NCBI GenBank assembly: GCA_964613795.1 | Contig: CAZTJR010000005.1 | Location: forward strand, 35,656-99,655 | DNA: 64,000 bases | Source of the DNA: an uncultured Alteromonadaceae bacterium | Lineage (GTDB): Bacteria; Pseudomonadota; Gammaproteobacteria; Pseudomonadales; Halieaceae | Reading direction: 5' to 3' | Part shown: positions 1-9,845 of the stretch, piece by piece | Layout of the letters: each line of letters opens with the position of its first letter | How positions within the stretch are numbered: position 1 is the stretch's first letter | Notes under the pieces: generated by a model | Told to the model about the DNA's origin: nothing | Database searches by the model: none | What the model saw: the letters and a program-made list of their open reading frames with translations, nothing else | Program-made: the position numbers and the translations under genes

Positions 1-1071
1 ACGGCGCCCGGGGAGAACATCCCTCAATTTGTCTGCCGCCTCCCGCAGGCTGCACTCTGTCTCTTCCCAACTGATACAGGCGTCCGTCACCGAAACGCCA
101 TACCGCAGCGTGTCCGGCTTTTCCGATATGGCCTGGGAACCGGCATTGATGTTGCTCTCCAGCATCAGGCCAACGATTGATCGATTGCCCTCTCTTATCT
201 GGTTGACCACATCCTCTACCACCAAGGGCTGCAACTCCGGTTGCTTGTTGGAATTCGCGTGGCTGCAGTCCACCATGATGTTCGAGGAACATCCCGCCGC
301 TACCAGCGCGTCCTCGCAAAGCTTGATGTTCACCGAGTCGTAGTTGGGGCCGTTGCTGCCACCTCGCAGTACCACGTGGCCATAGCGGTTACCGCGGGTT
401 GTGAACACCGACACCTGGCCCTGGCGATTGATGCCCAGAAAACGATGGGGTCTGGCGGCGGACTTGAGGGCATTCGTCGCTACATTGAGATTGCCGTCTG
501 TGCCATTCTTGAAGCCGACCGGCGAGGACAGCCCGCTGGCCATTTCCCGATGCGTCTGTGACTCGGCAGTTCGCGCACCAATCGCGGACCAGGTGATCAG
601 ATCCTGCAGGTACTGCGGCGAGATGGGATCCAGGGCTTCGGTGGAGGTTGGCAGACCCAGCTCGAGAATCTCGAGCAATAGCCTGCGACCAATGTGCAGA
701 CCGTCTTCAATCTTGAACGAATCATCCATGTGAGGGTCATTTATCAGACCTTTCCAACCCACCGTGCTACGCGGTTTTTCAAAATAGACCCGCATCACGA
801 TGTACAGCGTGTCGGACAGCTCTGCGGCCAGTGCTTTCAGTCGACGCGCATAATCCATGGCGGCCACCGGATCATGAATCGAGCAGGGCCCCACCACAAT
901 GAACAGGCGCTGATCGCGACCGTCAAGAATGTCCCATATCACTTCACGGCCGGCCGTCACGACACGTCTTCCTGCATCACTGAGCGGGAGTGCGGCCTTA
1001 AGCTTTTCCGGCGTGATGAGAACTTCCTGGGATGCGACGTTGATGTTGTGAACAGGTGAATTGTCGCTCAT
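1..1071 (-). CDS. 3-deoxy-7-phosphoheptulonate (DAHP) synthase, class I (AroF/G/H type); C-terminal end runs off the window edge
   Basis: Not in the ORF track because there is no stop inside the window. Hand translation of the minus strand from ATG 1071-1069 gives MSDNSPVHNINVASQEVLITPEKLKAALPLSDAGRRV...RDQRLFIVVGPCSIHDPVAAMDYARRLKALAAELSDTLYIVMRVYFEKPRSTVGWKGLINDPHMDD. The last codons at 60-1 read TECSLREAADKLRDVLPGRR without a stop. GPCSIHD is the class I DAHP synthase hallmark. Confidence 0.85.
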   Translation of the reverse strand, partial: MSDNSPVHNINVASQEVLITPEKLKAALPLSDAGRRVVTAGREVIWDILDGRDQRLFIVVGPCSIHDPVAAMDYARRLKALAAELSDTLYIVMRVYFEKPRSTVGWKGLINDPHMDDSFKIEDGLHIGRRLLLEILELGLPTSTEALDPISPQYLQDLITWSAIGARTAESQTHREMASGLSSPVGFKNGTDGNLNVATNALKSAARPHRFLGINRQGQVSVFTTRGNRYGHVVLRGGSNGPNYDSVNIKLCEDALVAAGCSSNIMVDCSHANSNKQPELQPLVVEDVVNQIREGNRSIVGLMLESNINAGSQAISEKPDTLRYGVSVTDACISWEETECSLREAADKLRDVLPGRR

Positions 1072-1167
1072 GTGGCGTTTCCTGATGGCTCTTTGCCGAC
1101 TCGTGATGTTTATAAGATTATGGTAACAGGGCAGGGTGGGCCTTGACAGCGCAGCCGGTGACGACTG

Positions 1168-2517
1168 CTAACCGCCACTGACAAACAGTGTCAGCGTCTG
1201 TCCTGGACGAAGGTAGTCTGACGGATCGATCTTGTTCCAGCTCACCAGATCGTCAATGGTTACGTTGAACCGGTTTGCAATGCGATACAGGGAGTCCCCG
1301 CTGCGCACGCGATACGCGCGTTCGCGTTCGCGCTCGACGCTCGCTCGTCGGGCAAGATCCAGACTGCCGCGCCAGTTACCCCTGCGGGGTATCAGCAGGG
1401 TATCGCCAGCACGGATGAAATGGCCGTCAATACCGTTGACCTCCCGCAGAAGCTCCACCTGCGTATCAAAGCGACGCGCTATGCCGCCAAGGTGATCACC
1501 AGAGCGGATGCGATAGTGAGACCAGCTTACCCGTTCATCTATGGGGAGCGTGGCAACGGCCCTGCTGAAACGCTCAGCATGCAGCGCCGGTAGCAGTATT
1601 TCGTTGCGCTCTGGTGCTGTCGCCCAGCGCAAGTGTCCCGGGTTGTAGTTGCGTAATGTCGCGATTTCCACACCTGCGAGCTGCGCCGCACGCTGCAGCT
1701 CGATCTGCCCGCCGGTAGAAACCGCGATGAAAGCAGGCGCATTGGCCACCGGTGGAAGCTCGGCGCCCAGGTCGTCCGCGTTGCGTATGATCTCGCTCAA
1801 TGCCAGCAATCGCGGCACATAACGACGGGTTTCGCGCGGCAGCGGCAGTGACCAGTAGTCGGTAGGCTGGCCGCGGGCGGCATTGCGCCGAACAGCGCCG
1901 GAGACCCGGCCTTTACCCGCGTTGTAGGCAGCCAGGGCAAGCAACCAGTCACCGTTGAAGTCGGCGTGCAAGCCCTCCAGATAATCTAGCGCGACCCGCG
2001 TTGAATTGCGAAGATCAAACCGATCGTCATACCACCAGTCGGTTTCCATACCAAGGTACTTCGCGGTTGCGGGCATGATCTGCCACAGACCCGCCGCCTG
2101 TTGCGGCGATATGGCAAAAGGGTCAAGCGTGCTCTCCACCAGTGGCAGAAGTGCGATCTCCATTGGCATGTTGCGGGATTCGACTTCTTCCACAATGTAG
2201 TGAAGGTAGCGCTGGGCCCGCTGGCCGACCACCCGTAGATAAAGCGGCTGCGCAAGATAAGCATCGCGCGCGCTGCGTACCGCCGGATTGTTCTCGGCAC
2301 GCCAGTCCAGACCGCGCCGCATGCGCTCCCAGAGATCCTCCGGCGGTGCCTCAGGCGCTGCAGACGCCACAGGCGTGTCCACTGCAGTGACCCGGGGGCT
2401 CACGCCAGGCTCGTCCCGGTCAGGCTCTTCCTCCATCGGAGCAAGCCCCTGACAGGCCGCAAGCAGCAGGGCTGGCAGCAAAATCCCGATTCGCCCGAAC
2501 GGCGCGGAAACCCTCAC
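1168..2517 (-). CDS. mltD: membrane-bound lytic murein transglycosylase D (lipoprotein; SLT domain plus LysM repeats)
   Basis: Lipoprotein signal ...LLPALLLAAC. SLT-type block LVESTLDPFAISPQQAAGLWQIMPATAKYLG...AAYNAG. C-terminal LysM repeats (YRIRSGDHLGGIARRF, YRVRSGDSLYRIANRF). GTG start overlaps the gloB stop (GTGA). mltD-gloB synteny as in E. coli. Confidence 0.85.
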   Translation of the reverse strand: MRVSAPFGRIGILLPALLLAACQGLAPMEEEPDRDEPGVSPRVTAVDTPVASAAPEAPPEDLWERMRRGLDWRAENNPAVRSARDAYLAQPLYLRVVGQRAQRYLHYIVEEVESRNMPMEIALLPLVESTLDPFAISPQQAAGLWQIMPATAKYLGMETDWWYDDRFDLRNSTRVALDYLEGLHADFNGDWLLALAAYNAGKGRVSGAVRRNAARGQPTDYWSLPLPRETRRYVPRLLALSEIIRNADDLGAELPPVANAPAFIAVSTGGQIELQRAAQLAGVEIATLRNYNPGHLRWATAPERNEILLPALHAERFSRAVATLPIDERVSWSHYRIRSGDHLGGIARRFDTQVELLREVNGIDGHFIRAGDTLLIPRRGNWRGSLDLARRASVERERERAYRVRSGDSLYRIANRFNVTIDDLVSWNKIDPSDYLRPGQTLTLFVSGG

Positions 2518-3287
2518 CGGAAATTATCCTTCCACTGACGCAGCTCGGCAAAGCAATCCTCCGGTGCGCCGTCCGCAGGCCGGCCAGCGGCCACCAGGCC
2601 CTGCATGACACTCGACTGCGTGCATCGCATAAAGGGATTTGTCGCACGCTCAGTGGCAAGCAGCGAAGGGACGCTGGGCTGGTCATCATCCCGCAGGGCG
2701 TCGACGCGGGCAATCCGCTGGGCAAGCTCTGCATTGTCTGGCTCAACGGTCCTTGCGAAGGCAAGATTGGCCCGCGTATATTCGTGGGCACAGTACACCC
2801 GGGTCTCGTCCGGCAGCATCGCCAGCCGCTGCAACGACTCGTACATCATCGGATAAGTGCCCTCGAAGACGCGCCCGCAGCCACCGGCGAACAGCGTGTC
2901 GCCACAGAACAACAGTGGCGCCTCTCCGGCCTGGAAAAAAGCGATATGATCCAGCGTATGACCGGGGACGGCGATGACCTCAAAGCGACAACCCAGAACC
3001 TCAACCTGATCCCCGGCGGCGACAGGGTCAGTGATTGCCGCAATGGCCGGATTTTCCGGACCGTATACCGGACACCCCCAGGCGGCGGCGAGTTCAGCCA
3101 CACCCCCGGTATGATCAAAATGATGGTGCGTGACGAGGATTGCGGAAAGCGTCAGCTGCCTTGAGGAAAGCTCGGCGGCCACCGGATCGGCGTCGCCGGG
3201 ATCCACGACAACGACCCGACCGTCCTCTGCTTCAAGCAGCCAGATGTAATTGTCGCTGAAGGCCCTGATCGGGCGAACGGTTTTCAA
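2514..3287 (-). CDS. gloB: hydroxyacylglutathione hydrolase (glyoxalase II)
   Basis: 257 aa. N-terminus IRAFSDNYIWLL and metallo-beta-lactamase motif THHHFDHTGG are typical of GloB. The start codon is TTG at 3287-3285. Confidence 0.9.
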   Translation of the reverse strand: MKTVRPIRAFSDNYIWLLEAEDGRVVVVDPGDADPVAAELSSRQLTLSAILVTHHHFDHTGGVAELAAAWGCPVYGPENPAIAAITDPVAAGDQVEVLGCRFEVIAVPGHTLDHIAFFQAGEAPLLFCGDTLFAGGCGRVFEGTYPMMYESLQRLAMLPDETRVYCAHEYTRANLAFARTVEPDNAELAQRIARVDALRDDDQPSVPSLLATERATNPFMRCTQSSVMQGLVAAGRPADGAPEDCFAELRQWKDNFR

Positions 3288-3361
3288 AGCTTGAACTCCA
3301 GTGGTTGCATTGCAGCCTCATTGCTGGCTAATCTGATATACCCATCGGCGACGAGCAGCAA

Positions 3362-4144
3362 ATGGCACACGAGTTTAGCGAGATTTCACAGCAACTGGAA
3401 ACCTGGTACGCCAGAGACGCCGGAGAGCGTCTGTTTGCAGAAATCCGCGCACGCAGCGCTCCGCTTCTGGAAACGGCTTTCGGCTACCATATTCTTCAGC
3501 TCGGGCCCCTGCCGGGACGGAGCCTGCTGCACGACAGTCGTATACACCACAAGATCATCGCCGGCGAAGCCGGAACGAGCGGCGTGACGCTGCCCTGCGA
3601 GTGTGCAGAACTGCCGCTCGAATCCGACAGCGTTGATATCGTCGTCGCGCTGCACACGCTTGAATTCTGCCACAATCCGCATAACTGCCTGCGTGAAATG
3701 CAGCGCGTACTGACGCCGAATGGACATCTGCTGATCGTGGGCTTCAACCCCTACAGCCTGAAGGGCCTCTCGCAACGGCTGCGTGGCGCACTCGGGAACT
3801 CGCTGTGGCGCACCCGCCGTCCCGTGAGCCAGTATCGTTTGAACGATTGGCTGCATCTGGTCGGCTGCAAAGTCGAGTGCTTTGAACACCTCTATCCGCT
3901 GCCGCCCTGGGGTAGCGGACGTATTCATCGAACGGTCATCCAACTCAATGCAGCACTCAATCGCCACCAACTGCCCATAGGCTCGGTCTACCTCGCGCAT
4001 GCGATAAAGCAGGTGCCGAATATACGCCGACCGATACAGCGGCTGGCGCGGCGGCGATCATTCATCGGCCTGGGCGTCGCCAACCCCGCACCGACGCCTT
4101 CAGGCATGCCGCATCGCCACAGCAAGAAGAACCGCGCTGCCTGA
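3362..4144 (+). CDS. class I SAM-dependent methyltransferase (YafS-like)
   Basis: 260 aa, located between gloB and dnaQ like E. coli yafS. Methyltransferase-type core (VDIVVALHTLEF...LTPNGHLLIVGFNP). Confidence 0.7.
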   Translation: MAHEFSEISQQLETWYARDAGERLFAEIRARSAPLLETAFGYHILQLGPLPGRSLLHDSRIHHKIIAGEAGTSGVTLPCECAELPLESDSVDIVVALHTLEFCHNPHNCLREMQRVLTPNGHLLIVGFNPYSLKGLSQRLRGALGNSLWRTRRPVSQYRLNDWLHLVGCKVECFEHLYPLPPWGSGRIHRTVIQLNAALNRHQLPIGSVYLAHAIKQVPNIRRPIQRLARRRSFIGLGVANPAPTPSGMPHRHSKKNRAA

Positions 4145-4185
4145 AGGCCGCCAGCCATCCCACGCTCACGACACGACGGAAACCC

Positions 4186-4935
4186 ATGCGACAAATTGTT
4201 CTGGATACGGAAACCACAGGCCTTGAGGTCAGCCAGGGGCATCGGATTATTGAGATAGGCTGCGTTGAACTGGTCAATCGGCGTCTGACGGGGCGTCACT
4301 ACCATCAGTATGTGAACCCCGAGCGCGAAATCGATGCGGGCGCCATTGAAGTCCATGGCATCACGTCGGAATTCCTCGCCGACAAGCCGGTTTTTGCGCG
4401 CGTTGCTGAAACTTTTCTGGCCTTTGTCGGGGATGCCGAACTAATCATTCACAACGCCCCCTTTGATGTCGGCTTTCTGGACAGTGAGCTGCAGCGTTAT
4501 CGCCCGGGCTACATCGGCATACAGTCACACTGCCAGATCGTTGATACGCTGCAGATGGCAAGACACAAGCATCCAGGGCAACGCAACAACCTGGATGTGC
4601 TGTGCTCGCGTTATGCGGTTGATAACTCGACGCGCGACTTGCACGGCGCGCTGCTGGATGCGGAGATCCTGGCGGACGTCTATCTGGCAATGACTGGAGG
4701 TCAGACCACCTTTCATCTATCGGATGAGGAGGAGCGTGGTAGCGAGGGCGGCAGCGAGAGCCGAATCAGGCCGCTGCCAGAGCAACGGCCGAGGTTACCG
4801 GTTATCCAACCGTCTGACGCGGAAGCATCAGCCCACATAGCGACGCTGGCCGCCATAGAAAAAAGTAGCGGCGCGCCGGCGCAATGGCCTATCGCGGCAT
4901 CAGCGCAGTGCCATACCGTCACCGACCGCAAATAG
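4186..4935 (+). CDS. dnaQ: DNA polymerase III subunit epsilon (3'-5' proofreading exonuclease)
   Basis: 249 aa. ExoI motif MRQIVLDTETTGL, ExoII IIHNAPFDVGFL, ExoIII HGALLDAEILADVYL. Confidence 0.9.
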   Translation: MRQIVLDTETTGLEVSQGHRIIEIGCVELVNRRLTGRHYHQYVNPEREIDAGAIEVHGITSEFLADKPVFARVAETFLAFVGDAELIIHNAPFDVGFLDSELQRYRPGYIGIQSHCQIVDTLQMARHKHPGQRNNLDVLCSRYAVDNSTRDLHGALLDAEILADVYLAMTGGQTTFHLSDEEERGSEGGSESRIRPLPEQRPRLPVIQPSDAEASAHIATLAAIEKSSGAPAQWPIAASAQCHTVTDRK

Positions 4936-6612
4936 CAGCAGGTAAATGGCGAGAATGGCCACCACCCAGAACACGGCGCTGCCTGTGGACCAGGTGCGTG
5001 CAAGAAAACCACCAGGGCTATGATGCCGATTGACCAGCTGGGCGGCACGCACCAGCACTAATCTGCCCGACGCGCGCATTTCCGTATCCCATCTCGCCAC
5101 CCGTGAGGCCGTAAGGCCTATCACCGACGGCGCGAGCCGCCGGTATAGCCAGTCGGCATCCAGGTTAGTCGACGGCAGCTCGGGGGGATACATGCCGCGC
5201 AGGTTGAGCCAGGCAAATGCCAGCGCTGAGAAAAACAGCAACTGGGTCTGTGCGAGTACGTGCGTCGCGTCGTACGGATTGTAGCCGGTGTCGTAGGGCA
5301 ACAGACGATAGAGAAAATCCGGGAAGACACCAATGGTTATGCACAGCGCGGCGGCTAGCGACATGGCTACCAGCATATTGGTGGGCGCTTCCTGGGTACG
5401 GATTCCAGAGTCGTGGGCAAAGAACGCGAAATAGGGAATCTTGATACCCGCGTGATGAAATACACCGGCCGACGCAAACAGGAGCAGTAGCCAGACGATA
5501 TGAAAATCGTTGGCCAGCGCCGCACTCATTACCATGGACTTGCTGACAAAGCCGCTGAACAAGGGAAATGCCGAAATAGAGGCCGCACCGACAATACACA
5601 GCACGGTCGTTTTGGGCATGGTCTTGTAAAGGCCCCCTAGCTCAGAACCGTTTATCTTGCCAGTCCGGTACAGAACAGCACCCATGGACATGAACAGCAG
5701 TCCCTTGAAAATAACGTCATTGAAGGCGTGCGACACCGCGCCATTGATCGCAAGTGCGGTACCGATGCCGATGCCGACGACCATGAAACCCACCTGGTTG
5801 ATGAGACTATAAGCGAGCACGCGGCGCAGATCGTTCTCGATTACCGCGAAGAAAATCGGGAACGTCGCCATGGTCGCACCGACATAGACCAGCAGTTCAG
5901 TACCCGGGAAGGCACGAGCCAGAGCATAAACGGCCACCTTGGTTGTAAATGCGCTCAGGAAAACGGTGCCGGTAGGGGTCGACTCGGGGTAGGCATCGGT
6001 CAACCAGTTGTGCATGAAAGGGAAGGCACACTTGATGCCGAATGCCAGCAGTATCAGCCAGCTGGCAACGCTTTCCAGGCCGATATAATCGAACGCCAGA
6101 GAATTCCCAGTAGCGGCATGGGCAATAACACCGCCAAGCAGCAGCAGTCCGGACAGGATCTGGATGATCAGGTAGCGCATGCCGGAGCGATAGGCACGAT
6201 CAGTGCGTCGCGCCCACACCAGGAAAACCGAGGTGAGTGCCAGCATCTCCCAGAAAAGAAACAGGGTGATCAGATCGCCGGCGTACACCGCGCCCAGGGC
6301 ACTGCCGGCGTAAAGAATACTCGCCGTCTGCTCCACCCGATCGCGCACGTGCAGTGCGTAGACGAATGCAATAAATGCGGCCAGATTGAACAGGTAACCG
6401 AACAGGGTCGCCAGTCGATCCACGCGGTGAAGCGTGAGCTCAAACTCCAGCACCTGCAGAACGCCGTGGCTGCCCTCCGGCGCCTGCCAGACGCACCAGG
6501 CACCCAGAACCGGGGCCAACAACATGAGCCCGGCCCGCAGGATGCCGCGTGCGGGCAGTGCAAGCAGCGCAACAACGTAGAAAATCAGAAAAGGTGGCAG
6601 AGACTCAGGCAT
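4900..6612 (-). CDS. Mrp-like antiporter, third NuoL/M/N-MrpD-family pump subunit (570 aa, with C-terminal extension)
   Basis: The track ORF runs to 6675. ATG 6612 overlaps the upstream stop (ATGCCTGA) and fits the coupling seen at every other junction. Polytopic; proton-conducting transporter motifs (LFLFWEMLALTS, AFPFMHNWLTDAYPESTPTG). Confidence 0.8.
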   Translation of the reverse strand: MPESLPPFLIFYVVALLALPARGILRAGLMLLAPVLGAWCVWQAPEGSHGVLQVLEFELTLHRVDRLATLFGYLFNLAAFIAFVYALHVRDRVEQTASILYAGSALGAVYAGDLITLFLFWEMLALTSVFLVWARRTDRAYRSGMRYLIIQILSGLLLLGGVIAHAATGNSLAFDYIGLESVASWLILLAFGIKCAFPFMHNWLTDAYPESTPTGTVFLSAFTTKVAVYALARAFPGTELLVYVGATMATFPIFFAVIENDLRRVLAYSLINQVGFMVVGIGIGTALAINGAVSHAFNDVIFKGLLFMSMGAVLYRTGKINGSELGGLYKTMPKTTVLCIVGAASISAFPLFSGFVSKSMVMSAALANDFHIVWLLLLFASAGVFHHAGIKIPYFAFFAHDSGIRTQEAPTNMLVAMSLAAALCITIGVFPDFLYRLLPYDTGYNPYDATHVLAQTQLLFFSALAFAWLNLRGMYPPELPSTNLDADWLYRRLAPSVIGLTASRVARWDTEMRASGRLVLVRAAQLVNRHHSPGGFLARTWSTGSAVFWVVAILAIYLLLFAVGDGMALR

Positions 6613-6907
6613 CACGCGAATCTCCCAGGGCATCCGTTCTCGACCGCTCAAGATCCTCGTAGTAGGACTCGTCACGCATCAGGAATGTGCGCATCCACTT
6701 CGCAACCAGCACGAGCAGGACGCAACCAACGAAGCCATAGATCGGATAGAACAGCCAGAGATTCTCCCAGGGATGATACACATGGCGATGAATCACAAAG
6801 TCCAGCGCAGCGAGGACAATACAGGCACCATAAAACACCCGCAGAAGACGCCTCACGTTTTCCGGCCGATCAAAGAAATACGTTTTCTCATCTTTCATCA
6901 ATCTCAC
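6605..6907 (-). CDS. small two-TM membrane protein embedded in the Mrp-like operon (unknown function)
   Basis: 100 aa. Two hydrophobic helices (VFYGACIVLAALDFVI; FYPIYGFVGCVLLVLVA). Start overlaps the upstream stop by 4 nt, and its stop overlaps the downstream start by 8 nt. No family recognised. Confidence 0.55.
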   Translation of the reverse strand: MRLMKDEKTYFFDRPENVRRLLRVFYGACIVLAALDFVIHRHVYHPWENLWLFYPIYGFVGCVLLVLVAKWMRTFLMRDESYYEDLERSRTDALGDSRDA

Positions 6908-8370
6908 CCTCCGACGGCGCGGGCCAGGTCATACAGGCGCTGCGGGAACAAAAACAGCAGCACACACATCAGGCTGGTAATCCCTATCGCAATGAGGGAC
7001 GGCAGCGGGGCCTCGCGAATGCCAACCGCTCCCTCAAGCGGACGCACGTCGCCCGGGAAGAAGGCACGCAGTGGAATCGGCAGCAGATAGGCAATGTTCA
7101 GCAAAGAACTCAGCATAAGAACGACGACAAGCGCCCACTGATCTGCCTCCAGACTTCCCGTGATCAAATACCACTTGCTCCAGGTGCCGCCAGTCGGCGG
7201 CAGGCCGATAATACTGAGGCTGCCGATGAAGAAGGCGGCCATGGTGAAGGGCATCTGCCGACCGAGGCCCCGCATCTGGCTGATGTCGCTCTTGTGCGCC
7301 GCCACGAGAATGGCCCCCGCACAGAAAAACAGCGTGATCTTGCCGAAGGCATGCATGGCAATGTGCATACTGCTGCCGAGCAAACCGGTGCTCGTCGCGA
7401 GAAGAACGCCAGCCGTCATGTAGCTCAGCTGGCTTACCGTGGAATACGCCAGACGGGCCTTGAGATTGTCCTGACGCATCGCTACCAAAGACGCTACGAT
7501 GACCGTGAATGCGGCGAGGTAGAGCAGCAGGTCAGTGGACCAGAGACCAGCCAGCGTATCGAGACCAAAGATCAGCGCGCCTACCTTGATAACAGAAAAA
7601 ACGCCCGCTTTGACCACTGCGACCGCGTGCAGCAGGGAGCTCACAGGCGTCGGAGCTACCATCGCCGCGGGCAACCAACGATGGAACGGCATGATGGCCG
7701 CCTTGCCAATACCGAAGATGAACAATAACAAGAGCGCGCCCAGCAGAACCGGCGATGTATCAGCCGCGAAAACGCCACCGTGAGTGAACGTGAGGGACCC
7801 GCTGATGGCATAGGTAGCTATGATGGCCGGCAGGAAAAACACGACCGACGTACCCACCAGAAGAGTAAGGTAGGTGCGCCCACCAGCACGTGCCTTGGCC
7901 GTGCCTGCATGGGTCACCAATGGGTAGGTGGCCAGGGTGAGCACTTCGTAGAAAACGAACAGGGTGAACAGGTTGGCCGAAAAGGCGATGGCCATGACAG
8001 ACGCGATGGAAACGGCGAAAAAAACATAAAAACGGGTCTGGTTATCCTCGGCGTGGGCCCGCATGTAGCCTATCGCGTACAGCGTCGTAATGATCCAGAG
8101 GAAGCTGGCGACCAGTGCAAACAGGACACCGAGCGCATCGACCCTGAAGCTTATATCGAGGCCCGGCATGATCGCTATCCATACGACCTCGGCACTGCCA
8201 CCAACGGTGAAATCGCGATACAGGATCGTTACCAGGGCAAATAGCGTGATGGATGCCAGCAGTGATACGCCTTCGCGGAGGTTGGGATAATGTCGCAACA
8301 ACAGCAGCAGCGGTATCGCCATCGCCGGCAGCAGAATCACCCATTGCAGCACCTGTTGCGCCCCCATCAT
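6904..8370 (-). CDS. mrpD: Mrp-like antiporter subunit D (NuoM/N-like pump subunit), copy 2
   Basis: 488 aa, polytopic. Motif AAIMPFHRWLPAAMVAPTPVSSLLHA. 4-nt overlaps at both ends. Confidence 0.85.
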   Translation of the reverse strand: MMGAQQVLQWVILLPAMAIPLLLLLRHYPNLREGVSLLASITLFALVTILYRDFTVGGSAEVVWIAIMPGLDISFRVDALGVLFALVASFLWIITTLYAIGYMRAHAEDNQTRFYVFFAVSIASVMAIAFSANLFTLFVFYEVLTLATYPLVTHAGTAKARAGGRTYLTLLVGTSVVFFLPAIIATYAISGSLTFTHGGVFAADTSPVLLGALLLLFIFGIGKAAIMPFHRWLPAAMVAPTPVSSLLHAVAVVKAGVFSVIKVGALIFGLDTLAGLWSTDLLLYLAAFTVIVASLVAMRQDNLKARLAYSTVSQLSYMTAGVLLATSTGLLGSSMHIAMHAFGKITLFFCAGAILVAAHKSDISQMRGLGRQMPFTMAAFFIGSLSIIGLPPTGGTWSKWYLITGSLEADQWALVVVLMLSSLLNIAYLLPIPLRAFFPGDVRPLEGAVGIREAPLPSLIAIGITSLMCVLLFLFPQRLYDLARAVGG

Positions 8371-9845
8371 GGCTGGACTCCCATGAGGTGTTGAGCCGCA
8401 AGCTCGCTGGTTTGCCGCGTCAGCTCAGTATCGATACCAAAGAAGATGTTGGCGCCCACGAGTACCCAGGTCGCCAGCAACATCCCCAACGGCGCCTCGC
8501 GGGCGCCCTCGGTTAGCGACGTCGGTGCCTCGAAATAGGCCACCTCGACAATACGCCACACGTAGAACAGCGCCAGAACAGAGGCAATCAGCACCAGGCC
8601 GGCAATGGGCCACAGTCCCGCCTCGAGGGCGCCGAGAACGAGATACCACTTACTGATGAAGCCCACCGTCAGCGGAACGCCGATCAGGCTGAGGCCGCCG
8701 ATAAGAATGGCCGCCATAGTCCAGGGCATCAGCCGGCCTAGACCCGCAAAGTGCGCAAGATCCGAGCCGCCAACGCGATAGACCACGCCGGCGATCGCCA
8801 TAAACAGCGCGCCCTTCATCAGAGCGTGGTTGAACAAATGCAGCAGTGTTGCCTGCAGGCCGATCACCGTCCCCAGCCCCAGACCCACAATCATGTAGCC
8901 AATCTGGGCGATACTGGAGTACGCAAACAGGCGCTTGACGTTCGGTTGCTGCACAGCCACCAGCGATGCCGCGAATACACCCGCCAGTCCAAGCACGAGG
9001 AAGAGCGTGTTGAGCGGCAGAACATCCAGGGCGAAATTAGGACCAAAAATGGAGTAGTGCAGGCGTATGAGCAGGTAAACGGCAACCTTTGTCGCTGTCG
9101 CGGCGAGAAATACGGTAACCATCGACGGGGCATAGGTATACGCGTTCGGCAGCCAGAAATGCAGCGGGAAAAGGGCCAGCTTGAGGCAAACGCCAACGAC
9201 GATAAATGCAAACGCCGTATGCACCGTATGGGCCGCGTCGACCAGAGGCAGCCGTGCGGCGATGTCCTGCATGTTGAGAGTGCCCGTGAGACTGTAAATA
9301 AAGCCGATGCCAATCAGCAGGAATGTCGCGCCGATCGTGCCCACTACCAGGTATTGATAAGACGCCCAGAGTGCACGCCGGTGTGGGCCCATAGCGATAA
9401 GGGCATAGGTGGACAGCGATGAGATTTCAAGAAAAACAAAAACATTGAACAGATCGCCGGTGGCAACAATACCCAGCAAACCTGCGAGGCACAGACAGAA
9501 AAGCACGTATAGCGTTGGCTGCTTGTCGCTCGCCACGTCAGCATCGAGTCCCTGCCGCGAGGCCACCGCCACCAGTGCCGCAACGCCAGACACGATGAGG
9601 AGCACGTAGGCCGACAGCAGATCAATGCGGTATTCAATGCCCCAGGGCGGCTCCCAGCCGCCCAGTTCGTAGCTTATGGTCCCGCTGCTGTAAACGGTTC
9701 CCAGCAGAGAGCCGCTGATAGCAAAGGCCGTGATGGTGACCACGCAGGTCAGTAACCACGACTGCCAGGGCCGATTGAGCAAGAGCAGAGCCGGAGCGGC
9801 CATCAGCGGAATGACGACCTGCAGGACTGGAAGGTGCACCATCAC
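8367..9845 (-). CDS. mrpD: Mrp-like antiporter subunit D (NuoM/N-like pump subunit), copy 1
   Basis: 492 aa, polytopic. Motif LALFPLHFWLPNAYTYAPSMVTVFLAATATK. 4-nt overlaps at both ends. Confidence 0.85.
   Translation of the reverse strand: MMVHLPVLQVVIPLMAAPALLLLNRPWQSWLLTCVVTITAFAISGSLLGTVYSSGTISYELGGWEPPWGIEYRIDLLSAYVLLIVSGVAALVAVASRQGLDADVASDKQPTLYVLFCLCLAGLLGIVATGDLFNVFVFLEISSLSTYALIAMGPHRRALWASYQYLVVGTIGATFLLIGIGFIYSLTGTLNMQDIAARLPLVDAAHTVHTAFAFIVVGVCLKLALFPLHFWLPNAYTYAPSMVTVFLAATATKVAVYLLIRLHYSIFGPNFALDVLPLNTLFLVLGLAGVFAASLVAVQQPNVKRLFAYSSIAQIGYMIVGLGLGTVIGLQATLLHLFNHALMKGALFMAIAGVVYRVGGSDLAHFAGLGRLMPWTMAAILIGGLSLIGVPLTVGFISKWYLVLGALEAGLWPIAGLVLIASVLALFYVWRIVEVAYFEAPTSLTEGAREAPLGMLLATWVLVGANIFFGIDTELTRQTSELAAQHLMGVQP

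Noticed and set aside
1107-1128. TGTT-N14-AACA motif upstream of the DAHP synthase gene (possible TyrR box)
   Set aside because: Only the outer 4 nt are symmetric. Spacing and inner bases do not fit TGTAAA-N6-TTTACA.
5728-7728. 666-aa plus-strand ORF
   Set aside because: Entirely antisense to two well-supported Mrp pump genes. The product is low-complexity and R/Q/H/G-rich with no recognisable motif. Typical shadow ORF of a high-GC genome.
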